A stretch of 64,000 nucleotides of DNA from a virus. Taxonomy: Duplodnaviria; Caudoviricetes. This document shows positions 39,260-50,958 of this stretch, piece by piece. Within the stretch, counting starts at the first letter, position 1, and every line of letters begins with the position of its first letter. The position numbers and the translations under genes were made by a program. The notes under the pieces were generated by a model, which saw nothing but the letters and a program-made list of their open reading frames with translations, made no database searches and was not told where the DNA came from. Location of the stretch: positions 55,896-119,895 of the IMG/VR virus record IMGVR_UViG_3300028903_000001, one strand, 5' to 3'.

Positions 39260-40373
39260 TCTCTAAAACAGGCTCAATTGCCCGTCCCCTTTCTTCTCTA
39301 TGACGCATTGACCATCGGGCAGGTACAGTTCGAACGGCGACAGGTACAGCAGTCCTGGGACGTAGTCGGCATACTGCACGCGCTTTCGCTGCTTGTAGAC
39401 CTTGACCCCATCGATTTGGCCCTCTTCGTAGTAGTAATGCGGCGTATCGACAGGCGAGACAGCCGCCACCAAGTCGTCGGGCCGAAACTCGACATAGGGA
39501 CCTCTGCCACCGATCACGACGCGACGGTAGCTGCGGGCCACGAGGATCCTATTCTTGCCAGTGTACATGTCAACTCTGACACCAAAGACCGGGACCCTGA
39601 GTCGAGACTCGTAGTACGATGCCATAGCTAGTACATGTTGCTCATGACTTTCAGGATCGCCTCGGAGACCAGTTTTGCCTGCTCAGGCTGCATGGTAATT
39701 GTCGCCATGAGCTTCCCATCACTACAGTAGCTACGGATCTCCACAAGATCGATCCCGTCCCTATCGGGCCCAACCTCAATTCTATCTCCGTATTTGTCGT
39801 CCCAGATCTGGCACATAGGCTCTAACTTGAATGGCATATCATCTCCCTTGAATGGCATATCATCTCCCTATCTTGCGACTTTGCACGCATCCAGGCATTT
39901 GTCATAGCCGCTGTAGCATGCAGCTTTATGTGTCTCGCTCTTCTCAGCCGTTCCAAGCGGCTCGTGGAGGCAAGAGCTTCGATGGTTGCCGCACTCATTC
40001 ACGCACGCCGACACCGGGTCCATCGAGCATCCGATCAGGGTGGCGAGCCAGATCAGGTTGCGCATCATGCCTCCGGTCTCGTTAGCTCATCGAGAACAGC
40101 GAGTTCCCCAGCCCCGGCTCCGTTGTCTCGGTCGTAAAACTGGAAGTCGATCTCAACGCCGTCCCAAAGCGTCACCTTGATCAATCTTCCACGAATGTAG
40201 TCAAAAAAAGGACGACCCCTGTCAGCACCTCGGATATAGGTAATCGCTTCGTCTAGCGTCATGTTCGACGGTGAGTATTCGCCAGTGAATCTCGCCATGG
40301 GTGCAACGATTTTGGTGTTGTTGTATAGCCCCATGAGAGCCTTCGCTCGCTCGATGTCATTTCGAAGCTTCAT

Positions 40374-40871
40374 TTACACTCCTAACCTCTCGCCGCTGGA
40401 AGCGCTCTTCCAGTGCCAGTAGTAGTTGCAGTTATCGACCTGTAAGCCGTCTGAGTACTCGCACAAAACGAGTCCCTTGGTGAATCCGCTGTCGTGCCCG
40501 ACGAACTTGAGCCGAGGAACAAGAATGTGAACCTTGGCGTGAGTGTAGACCCAGGCCCTGAACCATTTCGTCTCTATCCCGGCAGGAACGAGTACGAGGA
40601 CTGTCTTGGATGGTCCACTCTCAAATCTAGCCTTCTTGACCCATGGAGTTATGTTTCCGTAGGGCGGGTTGCAGAAAAGGAGTCCTGCTGGCCATGGCCC
40701 ACTGAGAGCATCTATCTCTGGGGTGAGGTAGTTGTCGCAGACATGGAACTTGTCGCTCGCCGCCAGGTCTAGAGTGATCTTGCCCCAGCGCCGCTCGATC
40801 GCTGCGATGAATTCGGGAGGAGTCCCAACCTCCTGCTCCGACTCGTACCGCTTATGTCTCGGCTCACTCAT
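40374..40871 (-). CDS. Phage DNA N6-adenine methyltransferase
   Basis: TPPEF, LDLAAS, FCNPPYG, LVPA. Confidence 0.85.
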   Translation of the reverse strand: MSEPRHKRYESEQEVGTPPEFIAAIERRWGKITLDLAASDKFHVCDNYLTPEIDALSGPWPAGLLFCNPPYGNITPWVKKARFESGPSKTVLVLVPAGIETKWFRAWVYTHAKVHILVPRLKFVGHDSGFTKGLVLCEYSDGLQVDNCNYYWHWKSASSGERLGV

Positions 40872-41115
40872 CAGTACTGCTCCACTGTTGCACGAGCTTT
40901 TCGAGCTTGGCGATTTGTCTTTTCAGTGAGGCGATTTTCTTCCGTGCAAGCTGCTGTGCGTGTGCTTCCGCTTCGCCACGGTCTTGGAAGAAGGTCTCGC
41001 CGACTCGAAGCTGCATGGGGTATCGGTCGGTCGTGTAGACGTACTTGCCGTCATCGTGAACTTCGACTTCGCGAATTCCAGAGGTTAGCGCGTACTTGAT
41101 GTTGTAGCCTCTCAT
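40864..41115 (-). CDS. Hypothetical phage protein
   Basis: KYALTSGI...KKIASLKRQIAKL. Confidence 0.6.
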   Translation of the reverse strand: MRGYNIKYALTSGIREVEVHDDGKYVYTTDRYPMQLRVGETFFQDRGEAEAHAQQLARKKIASLKRQIAKLEKLVQQWSSTDE

Positions 41116-41137
41116 CGCTGCCTCTCCTAAGACTATC

Positions 41138-41551
41138 CTATAGCCCAAACGGCATTGTAAATCCGTCAGGCATGACCCATAGATGGTAGATGTTGGCGTC
41201 GTCCACGAGATCCGACTCGGGAGGGAAGATCTGAATGGCAAGCCGTTCCTGTCCCATGATCTCGTTCTTGACCCGCTGCATGTCGGCCCATGGTACATTG
41301 GTCCCGCCATCGTTTCGCCTGACCATGATCCGCGACACGATGCCCCATTCCGTAATCTCGTCCCGGCACCGGAAGACCATGTACAGGTTGTTGATCCAGG
41401 TCTCGTAGGCATCGCCCACCTTGCCAACCGGGCTAGGTCCAGGCTCAAACCTCGACCAGCCCTGACGCATGAGCCTGCGCCCATTCGCTTGACTGGCTCG
41501 CATCATCTTTCGGTTCATGGCTTTCTCACTTGTCCTCCTCCTCCTCGTCAC
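41138..41551 (-). CDS. Conserved phage hypothetical protein
   Basis: WADMQRVKNE..G...AIQIFP....VD.AN.YHLW motif. Confidence 0.6.
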   Translation of the reverse strand: MTRRRRTSEKAMNRKMMRASQANGRRLMRQGWSRFEPGPSPVGKVGDAYETWINNLYMVFRCRDEITEWGIVSRIMVRRNDGGTNVPWADMQRVKNEIMGQERLAIQIFPPESDLVDDANIYHLWVMPDGFTMPFGL

Positions 41552-42227
41552 TGCCCGCGTCGGGAGGTACCTACTTTTCTTCCCTCGGCTTGGTGAACAT
41601 CAAGCCCATGGACATGCCTTCGGGTTTTTCGAAACGCTTGCGAAGGATCTCGTTTTCTTTCTCGTTCAATCCCGCAACAGCCGCGTTGGCTGCGACCAGC
41701 GTGGCTGCGACCGGGTTGACCTCTACGATTGACGCGGAAGGAACCCTTGGCCCAAGCGTTGTATCTGCGACCTTTCTGATCGAATTCGCTAGGTGATTGA
41801 CAGCGTCATACCTAGTTGGCGCATCGATATGAAAACTCATGCGATAAGGAACCTTCTCCTCAACACCCTCTTCGTGCGCCACGACTGTCATAGCCACTGT
41901 GAACCTAGGCATCATTCATCTCCTTTCCGTTGGGTCGTGGCACTGTTTGTACTTCATAGCTTCGCCGCCTATGCTCCTCAAGGGCCTCTGCTGCTATGCC
42001 TCGTAGCTCTTCGCGGCTGAGATCGTAGTAGGCTATCGCTCGCAACGTTTGCTCCCACGCTGCGAGGCGGGCGGCGAGGTCGGGCCGTGGGCGGGGCACG
42101 ACGCGGACGACACGCTCACCTGGGCGTGGATTGGGCCGAACAAAAAAGCGGTAGGCTTGCACCTGTTCCTTCAAAAAGGATTGCCCGCTTACGAGGTACT
42201 CATCGCCTCGCTTGATTACCCAGTAGC

Positions 42228-42911
42228 TCATGAGTACGTCTTAGCCTCCTCGTACGTGGCAAACACATGGATTCCATGCGTACATTCCTCGCGGATGTCA
42301 TCGTTGTAATCGTCGGGCTCGATCCACTCGCCGAGGACGTAGCGGGTCATGACTGCATCACCGTGCGCGAGGTTTGCCCACTCCGTGCCCGGTGCGTCAG
42401 ACGCGATGACCTTGGCCCGCGCTACCCGGCACTTCCTCGACTGTAGACATGACGTGCGAGGCGCATCATGCGGCACGAACAGTGTCAGGACTGCACCTCG
42501 AACCTTTTTGTAGACCACGACGTGCCCGGTGTCGGGTAGTGCGTGATAATCTGGCAGCAGCGCCCCGCTCAGGTTGGCCCAGTACAGGTAGGCCCAGTAC
42601 AGGTTGGCCTCGTACAGGTTGGCCCCGCGCAGGTCGGCCCCGCGCAGGTCGGCCCCGCGCAGGTAGGCCCCGCTCAGGTTGGCCCCGCTCAGATTGGCCC
42701 CGCCCAGATCGGCCCCGCTCAGGTTGGCCCCGATCAGATTGGCCCCGATCAGATTGGCCTCGTACAGGTTGGCCCCGATCAGATTGGCCCCGATCAGGTT
42801 GGCCCCGATCAGATTGGCCCCGATCAGATTGGCCTCGTACAGGTTGGCCCCGATCAGATTGGCCTCGTACAGGTTGGCCGATGGCTCGATTTTGTACCCG
42901 TTGACGATCAT
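42228..42911 (-). CDS. Pentapeptide-repeat protein with DUF5758-like C-terminus
   Basis: [10 protein letters not shown] 15-bp repeats; RKCR...ECTHGIHVF. Confidence 0.85.
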   Translation of the reverse strand: MIVNGYKIEPSANLYEANLIGANLYEANLIGANLIGANLIGANLIGANLYEANLIGANLIGANLSGADLGGANLSGANLSGAYLRGADLRGADLRGANLYEANLYWAYLYWANLSGALLPDYHALPDTGHVVVYKKVRGAVLTLFVPHDAPRTSCLQSRKCRVARAKVIASDAPGTEWANLAHGDAVMTRYVLGEWIEPDDYNDDIREECTHGIHVFATYEEAKTYS

Positions 42912-44518
42912 CTCTTCGCCGCCTTTCGGATCGCCTTGAGCTTCGCCTCAAGCTCCTTCACCCTGGCGCATGCCTCGTCTCTCTCGCAGATGAGCTTTCG
43001 GATCTGGCGCTTGAGTTCGTCCTCGTGCATACGCTCAAGTTCGCCCAGTTTCGGAATCCAAATTGCCATCACCACCTCACCATCGCGCACTCAAGCGCGC
43101 TTTGCCCAAGGCTCTCGCCATCCACCACGACATCCACAAGAGGGCTAGTCGCTGGGTCTCCGTCTAGTTCGCCAGATGTGACCCATTCGACCTCGTCGTT
43201 CTTGTTAGAGCAATGGTGACATAGGCTCATCACTGCTCGGCGTTTGGCTATCTCGATGGCCTCGCTAAGCGATGTGGCATCGACGGCAGTGTGGAGCGAA
43301 ATGCTCGTGTTGACTACTAGGACATAGTGACTCATCCCTTCGCCGCCTTTCTGATCTCGTCGCGGATGCGGCTGGCAAAGCATTCGCCGTCACCGAAAGA
43401 ACCTATTGGGACTCTGCCAATCCATACTCTGTCCGTTGCGTACGATCCTGTGAGAGGTGTCACTGCCACCGCCGCGCACACCCGTTCGATTGCGGCATCG
43501 CGCCCCTGCTCTGCCGCTGCCTCCACCGCGTCACGATGCATGCGCACCGCCCGCGCCGCTGCCTCGTCTACGTTCATAGGGCCCCGGTCCTCGATTACGC
43601 GGAGCCGGTTGATCTCCTCGACGATTGCTGACACGTCCCAAGGTACGTCGCTGTAGCCGATGGCATGCGCAATGGTGAATAGGTCGGCTTGCAGTTCGGC
43701 CTCCCTTTGAGGCACAAGGTCTCCAACTCGGCGAGTTGTGACGTGTATAACCTTAACTCGTAGATGGCCCCATTTCTTGGCAATCTTCACCTTGAGACGA
43801 GCCTGTTTTTTATTCGAGAATCGATGCGCGCGAATTCTATCTCCCCAATCTCCAATTGCTGTGAGGTAATATAGCTTCCCCGAACTATCGGTCCATCGGA
43901 CCAGCCAGTACTCATTTACCATCGCTTCCCTCGACACTCGCAGCGAAAAGACCAACCTTCTCCCTAATCTCCCCGAGCGTAGAGACACTCGACTCGTGCA
44001 GTAGCATATCAAGCATGCGACCGAGCGCAATAGAAATCTGATGGTACCAGCCTTGATAAATCCAAACCTCTTTTCCGTCTCTTGTCACGTTGCGTCGCTC
44101 GACGACGTAAAGCGTCGAGTCGGCCTTCCTCGCACGAAAACCTTCGTATTCAAACGACTCGAACGTGACAGAATCGAACCCGGCCTTGGCCGATTTGATT
44201 CTGGCGCATATCGCATTCAAAGCGTCTCGATTCGACTCCTTTTTGCAATGTGTCGCAAGCTCTGCGATAGCCTGCTCCGGTTTGAGAAAAAAGCCCTCAC
44301 TGACCCAGTCCTCGTTGCCAGATTTTGAGACGTTTCGCCTCTCAACGACGAATCCCGGCCCAGTAGAAGCTACCGCGCGGAAGTTCTTTAACACGATCAT
44401 TTTGACTGTTCCCCTTTCCTGCTCGAATTTGACTATACAAGCGATCTTCACCAGTCTAAGCTAGGGTGACCTACCATGCAACCCGAAAGTTCCGTAATCG
44501 GCAGCGTCGAGGCAGCAA

Positions 44519-45994
44519 TCAGCATTCCTGCGGCGACCCGGAACCCTCCCGTAGCGCCTCGGCCCAACAGTCTGCGAAACTCTCGGCCATTGCAGCGATC
44601 TGGTTCCAATCGGCGAGGTCGAGGGCTCCACGGCTTGCCCAGTCCACCATGCGTCGGCCCAGGTCTACGGCAGTACCGCTGACTAGCCTACGGTCAGGCT
44701 TGATGCCTGCGGCGTGGAGCCTAGCCTCGAGCAGCGGCACGAGCGATGCGCCACGGACCCTGGTTCCACCCCCAACGATCCACTCGACACTCGGCGGCTT
44801 GAAATCTGGATCTGGTTCCTTCACGAGCAATTGATTTTTTGTGAAAAAAATCTCCAGCGTCACAGATCCTGAGTGAGGAGAGGAACCTGAAGGAGAAAAG
44901 AAGATTCTCTTCTTTTCTTTTGGGGTCGAAACCGACCCCACAGTGTCGGTTCCGACATTCTCGGTGTCGGTTCCGACATTCTCGGTGTCGGTTCCGACAT
45001 TCTCGGTGTCGATTTTTTTGGTAGCAAACGTTGTGTCTACACGCTGATTCGAGCGAAATTTAGCCGACACTGCGGGTGTCGGTTCCGACATTCTCGGTGT
45101 CGGTTCCGACATTCTCGGTGTCGGTTTCGACACTGCCGATGTCGGTTTCGACACTGCGGGTGTCGCTACTTTTGCTGGCAATTTGGAACCGTTTTCTCGA
45201 CACGTTGTTGGTGTCGGTTCCGACACTGCCGATGTCGGTTTCGACACTTTCGGTGTCGCGAAACAGCGAGCAAGTTCGGGGTTCAGATTCGGAATTTCGC
45301 TTAGAATCTCACCGATTACCTCACCTACAGAGAGGTTGTTCGAAGTGGCGTAACTAAGTAACGATTCGTTATCTTTAGATGCCTGAAGTGAGTCATCGAT
45401 GACACAGTTGTTGGAACTAGTTGTATTCCTGATGTTTTTAGGTAGCGCAACACTGCGGGTGTCGGTTCCGACACTGCTGATGTCGGTTTCGACACTGCGG
45501 GTGTCGGTTTCGACACTGCGGGTGTCGGTTTCGACACTGCGGGTGTCGGTTTCGACACTCTTGGTGTCTCGTTTCTTCACCCTCTTTTTCATCCCAGGCT
45601 TCGGAGGTGGATCTTTTGGAGAGTCGTCTCGTCTAACTTCCCTTGACGAGGCTAGCTTCTTTCGCTGCCTGTATGTCTTACACTTGATGGTGTTGTCATA
45701 CACCGCTGACTGTGCCGATTCGAAATTGGGGATCTCGAGTGTATCGTTGCTGACGCAGATGCTTCCCCGATCAATTAGCATCTTGACATAGGGTCGAATA
45801 CTGTTGGGCTCAGCCTGTATCGCCTGCGCTATACCGGCAATGGCGTCTTCTCCAAGCTCAAGCCTACCGCCCGCGTCAACCTCTTGCAGAATGAGGGACA
45901 TGAGACCCCTGGCATTCCATTCGAGAGTGCGCCACTTCGGGCGACGATCTTTGTAGAGTCGAACCCATAGCGTCTTGGAATAGTCAAGCGGCAT
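44519..45994 (-). CDS. Putative replication initiator with internal iteron-like repeats
   Basis: N-terminal WVRLY...ARGL...wHTH-like region...IPNFESAQ; sits in the DnaB replication block. Confidence 0.6.
   Translation of the reverse strand: MPLDYSKTLWVRLYKDRRPKWRTLEWNARGLMSLILQEVDAGGRLELGEDAIAGIAQAIQAEPNSIRPYVKMLIDRGSICVSNDTLEIPNFESAQSAVYDNTIKCKTYRQRKKLASSREVRRDDSPKDPPPKPGMKKRVKKRDTKSVETDTRSVETDTRSVETDTRSVETDISSVGTDTRSVALPKNIRNTTSSNNCVIDDSLQASKDNESLLSYATSNNLSVGEVIGEILSEIPNLNPELARCFATPKVSKPTSAVSEPTPTTCRENGSKLPAKVATPAVSKPTSAVSKPTPRMSEPTPRMSEPTPAVSAKFRSNQRVDTTFATKKIDTENVGTDTENVGTDTENVGTDTVGSVSTPKEKKRIFFSPSGSSPHSGSVTLEIFFTKNQLLVKEPDPDFKPPSVEWIVGGGTRVRGASLVPLLEARLHAAGIKPDRRLVSGTAVDLGRRMVDWASRGALDLADWNQIAAMAESFADCWAEALREGSGSPQEC
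44943..45566. repeat. About 14 copies of a 21-bp unit (GTGTCGGTTYCGACAY...) in four blocks; candidate origin iterons
   Basis: Blocks near 44943, 45076, 45211 and 45459; palindromic core TGTCG-GTTY-CGACA. Confidence 0.85.
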
Positions 45995-46734
45995 GACGGC
46001 TACCTCGCCTGGGAAGTATGGTACGCTTTATGGTTTGCTTCGGCATCGTAGCCTTCCAGTCGTAAAGCTCACGAAGGTGTGTTTCCGCCCATGCGCCTTG
46101 CCTGGCAAGCTCGAGCCCGTCCAGTTTGGGAAAGAAGATCTGAAGCCAATCCGTAAACTGCCCCTGTATCGGCGGCTCGTCGCAGCACTGGGCCCAGAGA
46201 GAGAGAAGCAGTGAGCATGCCGCGCCTGGCGTCTGCGATAGCGCCACGACATCCTCTGTCGCGTAGAGCCGACCCAGCAGGTTTCTGGCCGCAACGGCTA
46301 CCTCGGCTAGCTCCTCCGTCACCTCAAGGCTGGGGAAGCCGCCTCGAGCCAGCCTGAGAAGCTCGATGGCGCTGGGAGGAACCTGCTTTATTCTCACCCA
46401 GCACATGCAGACGCAGAGAAGTGCTAATCGCTGTTTCCCTGCAATCATCTCACCCTCCTCGTGTGCTCGAGGTCCGAGTCAATCTCGCCCTCGATCCTGT
46501 TGAGTTCTTCCCGCAACGAATCGAGTTCGAGAAGTTCAGCAATAATTAAGGCTTCTCTCGGATCTGGTGGCACGTAGAGTCTGCAAGCTTCGTGGCAGAC
46601 TCTGGGGTTGTTACGAGTCGAGGCGTGGTCGAGGCACTCCTCGTACTGGTCACAGTCGTGATGGTCTCGGATCCGCTCGAATATATCGAACGCGATCCGT
46701 GTTCTTCGTCGCCTACCCTTTCGTCTCGCCATGG

Positions 46735-47103
46735 CTACTGCCCGACACTCGTCTCGGAGTAGATCCATTGCGCGAAATCGAGCATAGAGAGTTGATCTTG
46801 GGAGTGAAAGACCGGCTTTCCAAGCGCAAACATCTCGTTTACCTCGTCTTTCGCACCGCTGCTATCTGTCCAGCCCGGCACGGTAACCAAGGCGTCGCAG
46901 CGGCGACAAAGCTCGAGCGTGCCGTCGAGCCAAAACTGATCATCGGCAACGCCGTCCATGTGAGCCGTGTTGGAGTGGGGGATAAGCAGCATGGCTCCCA
47001 GCCTCGCCACCATCACTCCCACCTCCCTCGCCTTGAATATGTTCTGCTCGATCTGCCACTGCGTAGGCGCTCGGTAGGGACCCGCAATGTACACAACCTT
47101 CAT
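46735..47103 (-). CDS. Nucleoside 2-deoxyribosyltransferase-like (DUF4406/DUF1937-type) protein
   Basis: VYIAGPY, PH, CDAL...GW..SSGA..E. Confidence 0.75.
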   Translation of the reverse strand: MKVVYIAGPYRAPTQWQIEQNIFKAREVGVMVARLGAMLLIPHSNTAHMDGVADDQFWLDGTLELCRRCDALVTVPGWTDSSGAKDEVNEMFALGKPVFHSQDQLSMLDFAQWIYSETSVGQ

Positions 47104-47480
47104 GGCCCTTGCTCCCTTTTGTAGATTGGAGATTCAATCGTGTCGTCCCACTCCGTTATCTCGCCACAGTTTCTCGCGCCTAGCTTAACGAAGATATCCG
47201 CTAGAAGCGATCTGTGGCATCTAAATGGGTCGGCACAGTAGCAACAGAGTACCACTCTCGGCGAAGCCAAGACAAGGTCCCAAATCGGCCTGTTGCTTTT
47301 GTAGGACAGGCGCATGTGCTGCAAATAAGCCTTGACATACCCGTCCCAATCGAGTAGGCCAGCCCGAGCCTCTCTCGCCATGTCACGACTGGGAGCAAAT
47401 GCTCTATTCCCGGTCTTAAGGCTTACGTCGAGCCGGTCACCTCCCGGATACCCCACGATGGCTGTGTAGACCTGTAACAT
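47100..47480 (-). CDS. DUF488-like protein
   Basis: FAPS...Y...LCCYC.....CHRSLLA. Confidence 0.65.
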   Translation of the reverse strand: MLQVYTAIVGYPGGDRLDVSLKTGNRAFAPSRDMAREARAGLLDWDGYVKAYLQHMRLSYKSNRPIWDLVLASPRVVLCCYCADPFRCHRSLLADIFVKLGARNCGEITEWDDTIESPIYKREQGP

Positions 47481-47797
47481 GTCAGGCTACCCATTAGGAT
47501 TTCGTGTGATGAAGTAAATCGAGTCCAGTCGAGACTCGGCAGACTTGGCCCTGACGCGAAGCGATTTAGCGGCTCGATGCATCCTGGCGAGAGCCAGGGC
47601 ACGCTGGCGAGAAGCCTTTGTCACTCTCTCGAGTCTCTGCTTGAGACGACTGTTTTCCGCCGCAAGGTCTAAAGCCTGTTTAGCGATGATCTCGAATACT
47701 TCATGCCGAGTCGCGACGCGGGGGCATTCACCTTCAATATGCCAGTACAGCGTCGCCTTTCTCTCAATGGAGATGGTTTTCGTCACTGGATCGTTCA

Positions 47798-48469
47798 TCA
47801 TACCTTCTCCTCCCTCGGCCATAGGGTCCAGTACCTGTCCCCTCGCCTAAGCTCGATTCCCGGCACGAGACCATCTTCGATCCGCTTTACAAAAGAGGAT
47901 CTCGCCGTTGCAGCGGTATGGTAGTGGTGACTGATGTTGTCGAATAGCTCACGAAGCGTACAGCCTGGGTACCTTTTGACATATCCAGCCGCGTCGCTGC
48001 ATGTCTGCCGAAACGGAGTCCATTGCCCGCCCGGCTTGGAACCTGCGGCGAGAGCCGTTTTGTGCATCTCGCATAGCGACTTGGTCCAGGTCGTGACCGC
48101 TTTTCTATGCAGCTTGGGTCGAACCACTTGCTTCACCCTTGGGTTGTCGTAGACATACTTTGGCGGCTCCCCGACCTCGAACATGCCGACACCATCCATG
48201 GCAAGCACTTTGCGATGAAAATCGCTACGCCTCGTTTTTGGCCTGGGGACCGCCACCGAGACGAGATGCGCGTAGCCGACTCTCGCGCATGCCTGCTCTA
48301 TCACCTCGAGGCCGAGCGAGGTCTTGGTCTCGACGATCCACACGACCGGAGCCTGTATCGCAACGATGTCGGCCCTGCCCTCGTTGGGGAGCGTGACCTC
48401 CTGCCACGTCTCCCAGCCCTCATCGGCGAGGAACTGTAGCACGGTGGCCGCAAGCTCTGTCTCCCTCAC
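47798..48469 (-). CDS. PD-(D/E)xK nuclease-fold protein
   Basis: QEV...RADIVA...IVETK. Confidence 0.65.
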   Translation of the reverse strand: MRETELAATVLQFLADEGWETWQEVTLPNEGRADIVAIQAPVVWIVETKTSLGLEVIEQACARVGYAHLVSVAVPRPKTRRSDFHRKVLAMDGVGMFEVGEPPKYVYDNPRVKQVVRPKLHRKAVTTWTKSLCEMHKTALAAGSKPGGQWTPFRQTCSDAAGYVKRYPGCTLRELFDNISHHYHTAATARSSFVKRIEDGLVPGIELRRGDRYWTLWPREEKV

Positions 48470-50958
48470 GCCTCGCCACCCTTGCTCATGGAGACGTACC
48501 TATCCCTGCCAGCGCAGACCGTGAGGCTGAAGTTGTCGTCTTCCCTCGCGTCAACCACGTAGATGCACGCTACGCCGATCGGGCATTGCGTGAGGTACGC
48601 CATCCACAAATCGAGCCTGAACCTGCTGTCCGCTATCAGCAACAACCACTCTTTCAACTCATCTTTGGTAACCCACCCGATCCTGGCCGGTTCCTCGTGA
48701 GATATGAGTATCACGATTCCGGCAAGACCTGGGCCGTGGGGAAGGGACATGAGGTGCGGAATTACCTCTCGCACGGCTGGGACCTTCATCTCGCTCCATG
48801 GTTGCAATTGTTCCATGTCTATGCTACCCTTTCCGAGTCGCCTCTTCGCTGTCAGGTGAAGGGCCACTTCCACTGTGTTGGCCGGTCCAGAAATGGGTCG
48901 GCCAACACTCTTTTGTCACTCTCCCCTGATCTGCTTTGTATACTTCTCCCAGTTCTTTTCAAAGACCGGACCACTGTTATGTGTCCTGTCCCACTCTTTT
49001 GCCTCTTCCTCAGTTGCTTGACGGACGCTGCTTCTTTTGACAATGATGTAGTCTGTAGCAAATGGTGTACTAGGGTACACTATGATTCCATCGACATCAT
49101 CATCGTCATAGAACCCAAGCTTGCCACGGTGCTTACCTTTTTCGATATACACAACTCCGTAATCACCCTCTTCAACCTTACTCATGGAACTGTCCTTTCT
49201 CGATGATTGAATCAACCGGCTACGTTTGAGTCGCACCTATGGGCAGATCGGACACTTGCGTTGCTTGCCCACCTCTGGCTTGGTGTACTTGGTTTCGTTT
49301 CGAAACGAGACGCAGACCTCATGTCCGCACTCGAGCGTGAGTCGATACGTGGTCGAGGGGACAATTCGGTCTCGAGCCATCATCGAGCTACTCGCCGAGG
49401 TCACCTTCACTATCTTGCACAGCATCACTTTCCCCTTCCACAGCGACCCACAAGCGAAAGCTCACGGAGTATAGGGCCTCCGCATCGGCTGAACGTTTGC
49501 CGAAAGCTCGTAGTTGACATGGTATAGGACCTCCTCGCCATTGTCGATTATGACGCTGACATCGGCACCATTGGCAATGATGTCGTCCCTTGCTCCCTCA
49601 TTCTGCTCAGAGTCTAGCCAGGCCAGTACGGCAGCTTCGATACTGAATGCTTTTACCTCAATAGGCTCCGTGCTCTCATCCCAGATCTTGAAGATCATCG
49701 TTATTTACTCCCATTTGTAGGCTTGATACTAAAGACGGTTTTGCCACATCTGGAGCAGATTAGGTATGCATTACCACTTCCGTCAACGGCATCGAGTAAT
49801 GGGTCATTAGGGTGTTCCAGACACGATGGCTCGGATGTGATAATCTCGTTTCTACCCGAAAGGGCACAGGCCCAACACACACCTCTCCGTTCGCAGTCTT
49901 TGTAATGCTGGTCAAACGCTGCCCCAACTACTCCGGTGCCAGGGCACCCATTCTCCTCAATTACAAATCCTGCATCAGAACCATCCGGCACTTCGACGTC
50001 GATTTCGAAGCTGCATTTAACACGCATTTTCATGCCTCACCTCCCATCGACATACTGGGCTGGTCCCTGGTCGCGCAGATCGTGACAAAGTTTACCCTTT
50101 TCGATATACACAACTCCGTAGTCACCCGCTTCGACGCTCATTGTTCTATCCCTTTCTAGCCGCTTAGACGGTTATCCAACTCCGAATCGACAGGTTCAAC
50201 AGGTCTCTGAGACCAAGGGTTCAGAGATGATTGTGGTACAAAGTACGCATTTCTACCATCACCACTATCCCAAAACTCTTTTTTCTTAGCGTCAATGGCC
50301 CTAATCCATCCAGCAATTCTATAACTCGGCGCTGTACCCACTACTAGAACAAAGACTGTGGCGTCATTGTCCTCGTCATGCACTATAAGTCTACCATTTT
50401 CTCTCCATGTACTCCTCACCTGCCACTGCCCAACATCCCCCGGCAATTTTCTTGGCGACCTACTATAACCTTGCCAGAACACGTCAAGCGCCTTTGCTAC
50501 CACCAACTCTGCGCAGCATCCTTCTATGTCTATGTTCCACGCATTCTGAGGAGAACCGTACCTATCTGTCCAACCAGACTTCAAAGCGTTCACTCTTCGC
50601 ATAATGCCAACGAATGCTGCTTGCATCACCTCTGGCATGGTGAGGTCTATCCTCATTGTCCATCTCCATGGCAGGTCTCATCGATCATTGCGCACCTCGC
50701 ACAGATCGACCCATCCAGCTTCGAGCCAGCTATTCAGCCAGGAGATACGTAGAAGAACTTCCACCCGGGGGCAACGTGGTCTCCATCCTCGCTCCACCAC
50801 TTATGCTTCAGTCTAAGCATTCTCTGAAGCAAGAGTTGATTCTCGTCCGGTCTCGGTACCATCTGTCCCGTAACTAGGCTTCGTACCAGCGTTAGCTCTC
50901 GTATCACTTCGCACCCCTCTCCTTCCCGAACTTCGCCAAGAACCTATCTTGCAAAGCA

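Noticed and set aside
44943-45566. 21-bp repeats as a further CRISPR array, or as related to the CRISPR repeat through TGTCG/CGACA
   Set aside because: They are tandem with no unique spacers, lie inside an ORF, and have the opposite arm polarity; a shared 5-mer is not significant.
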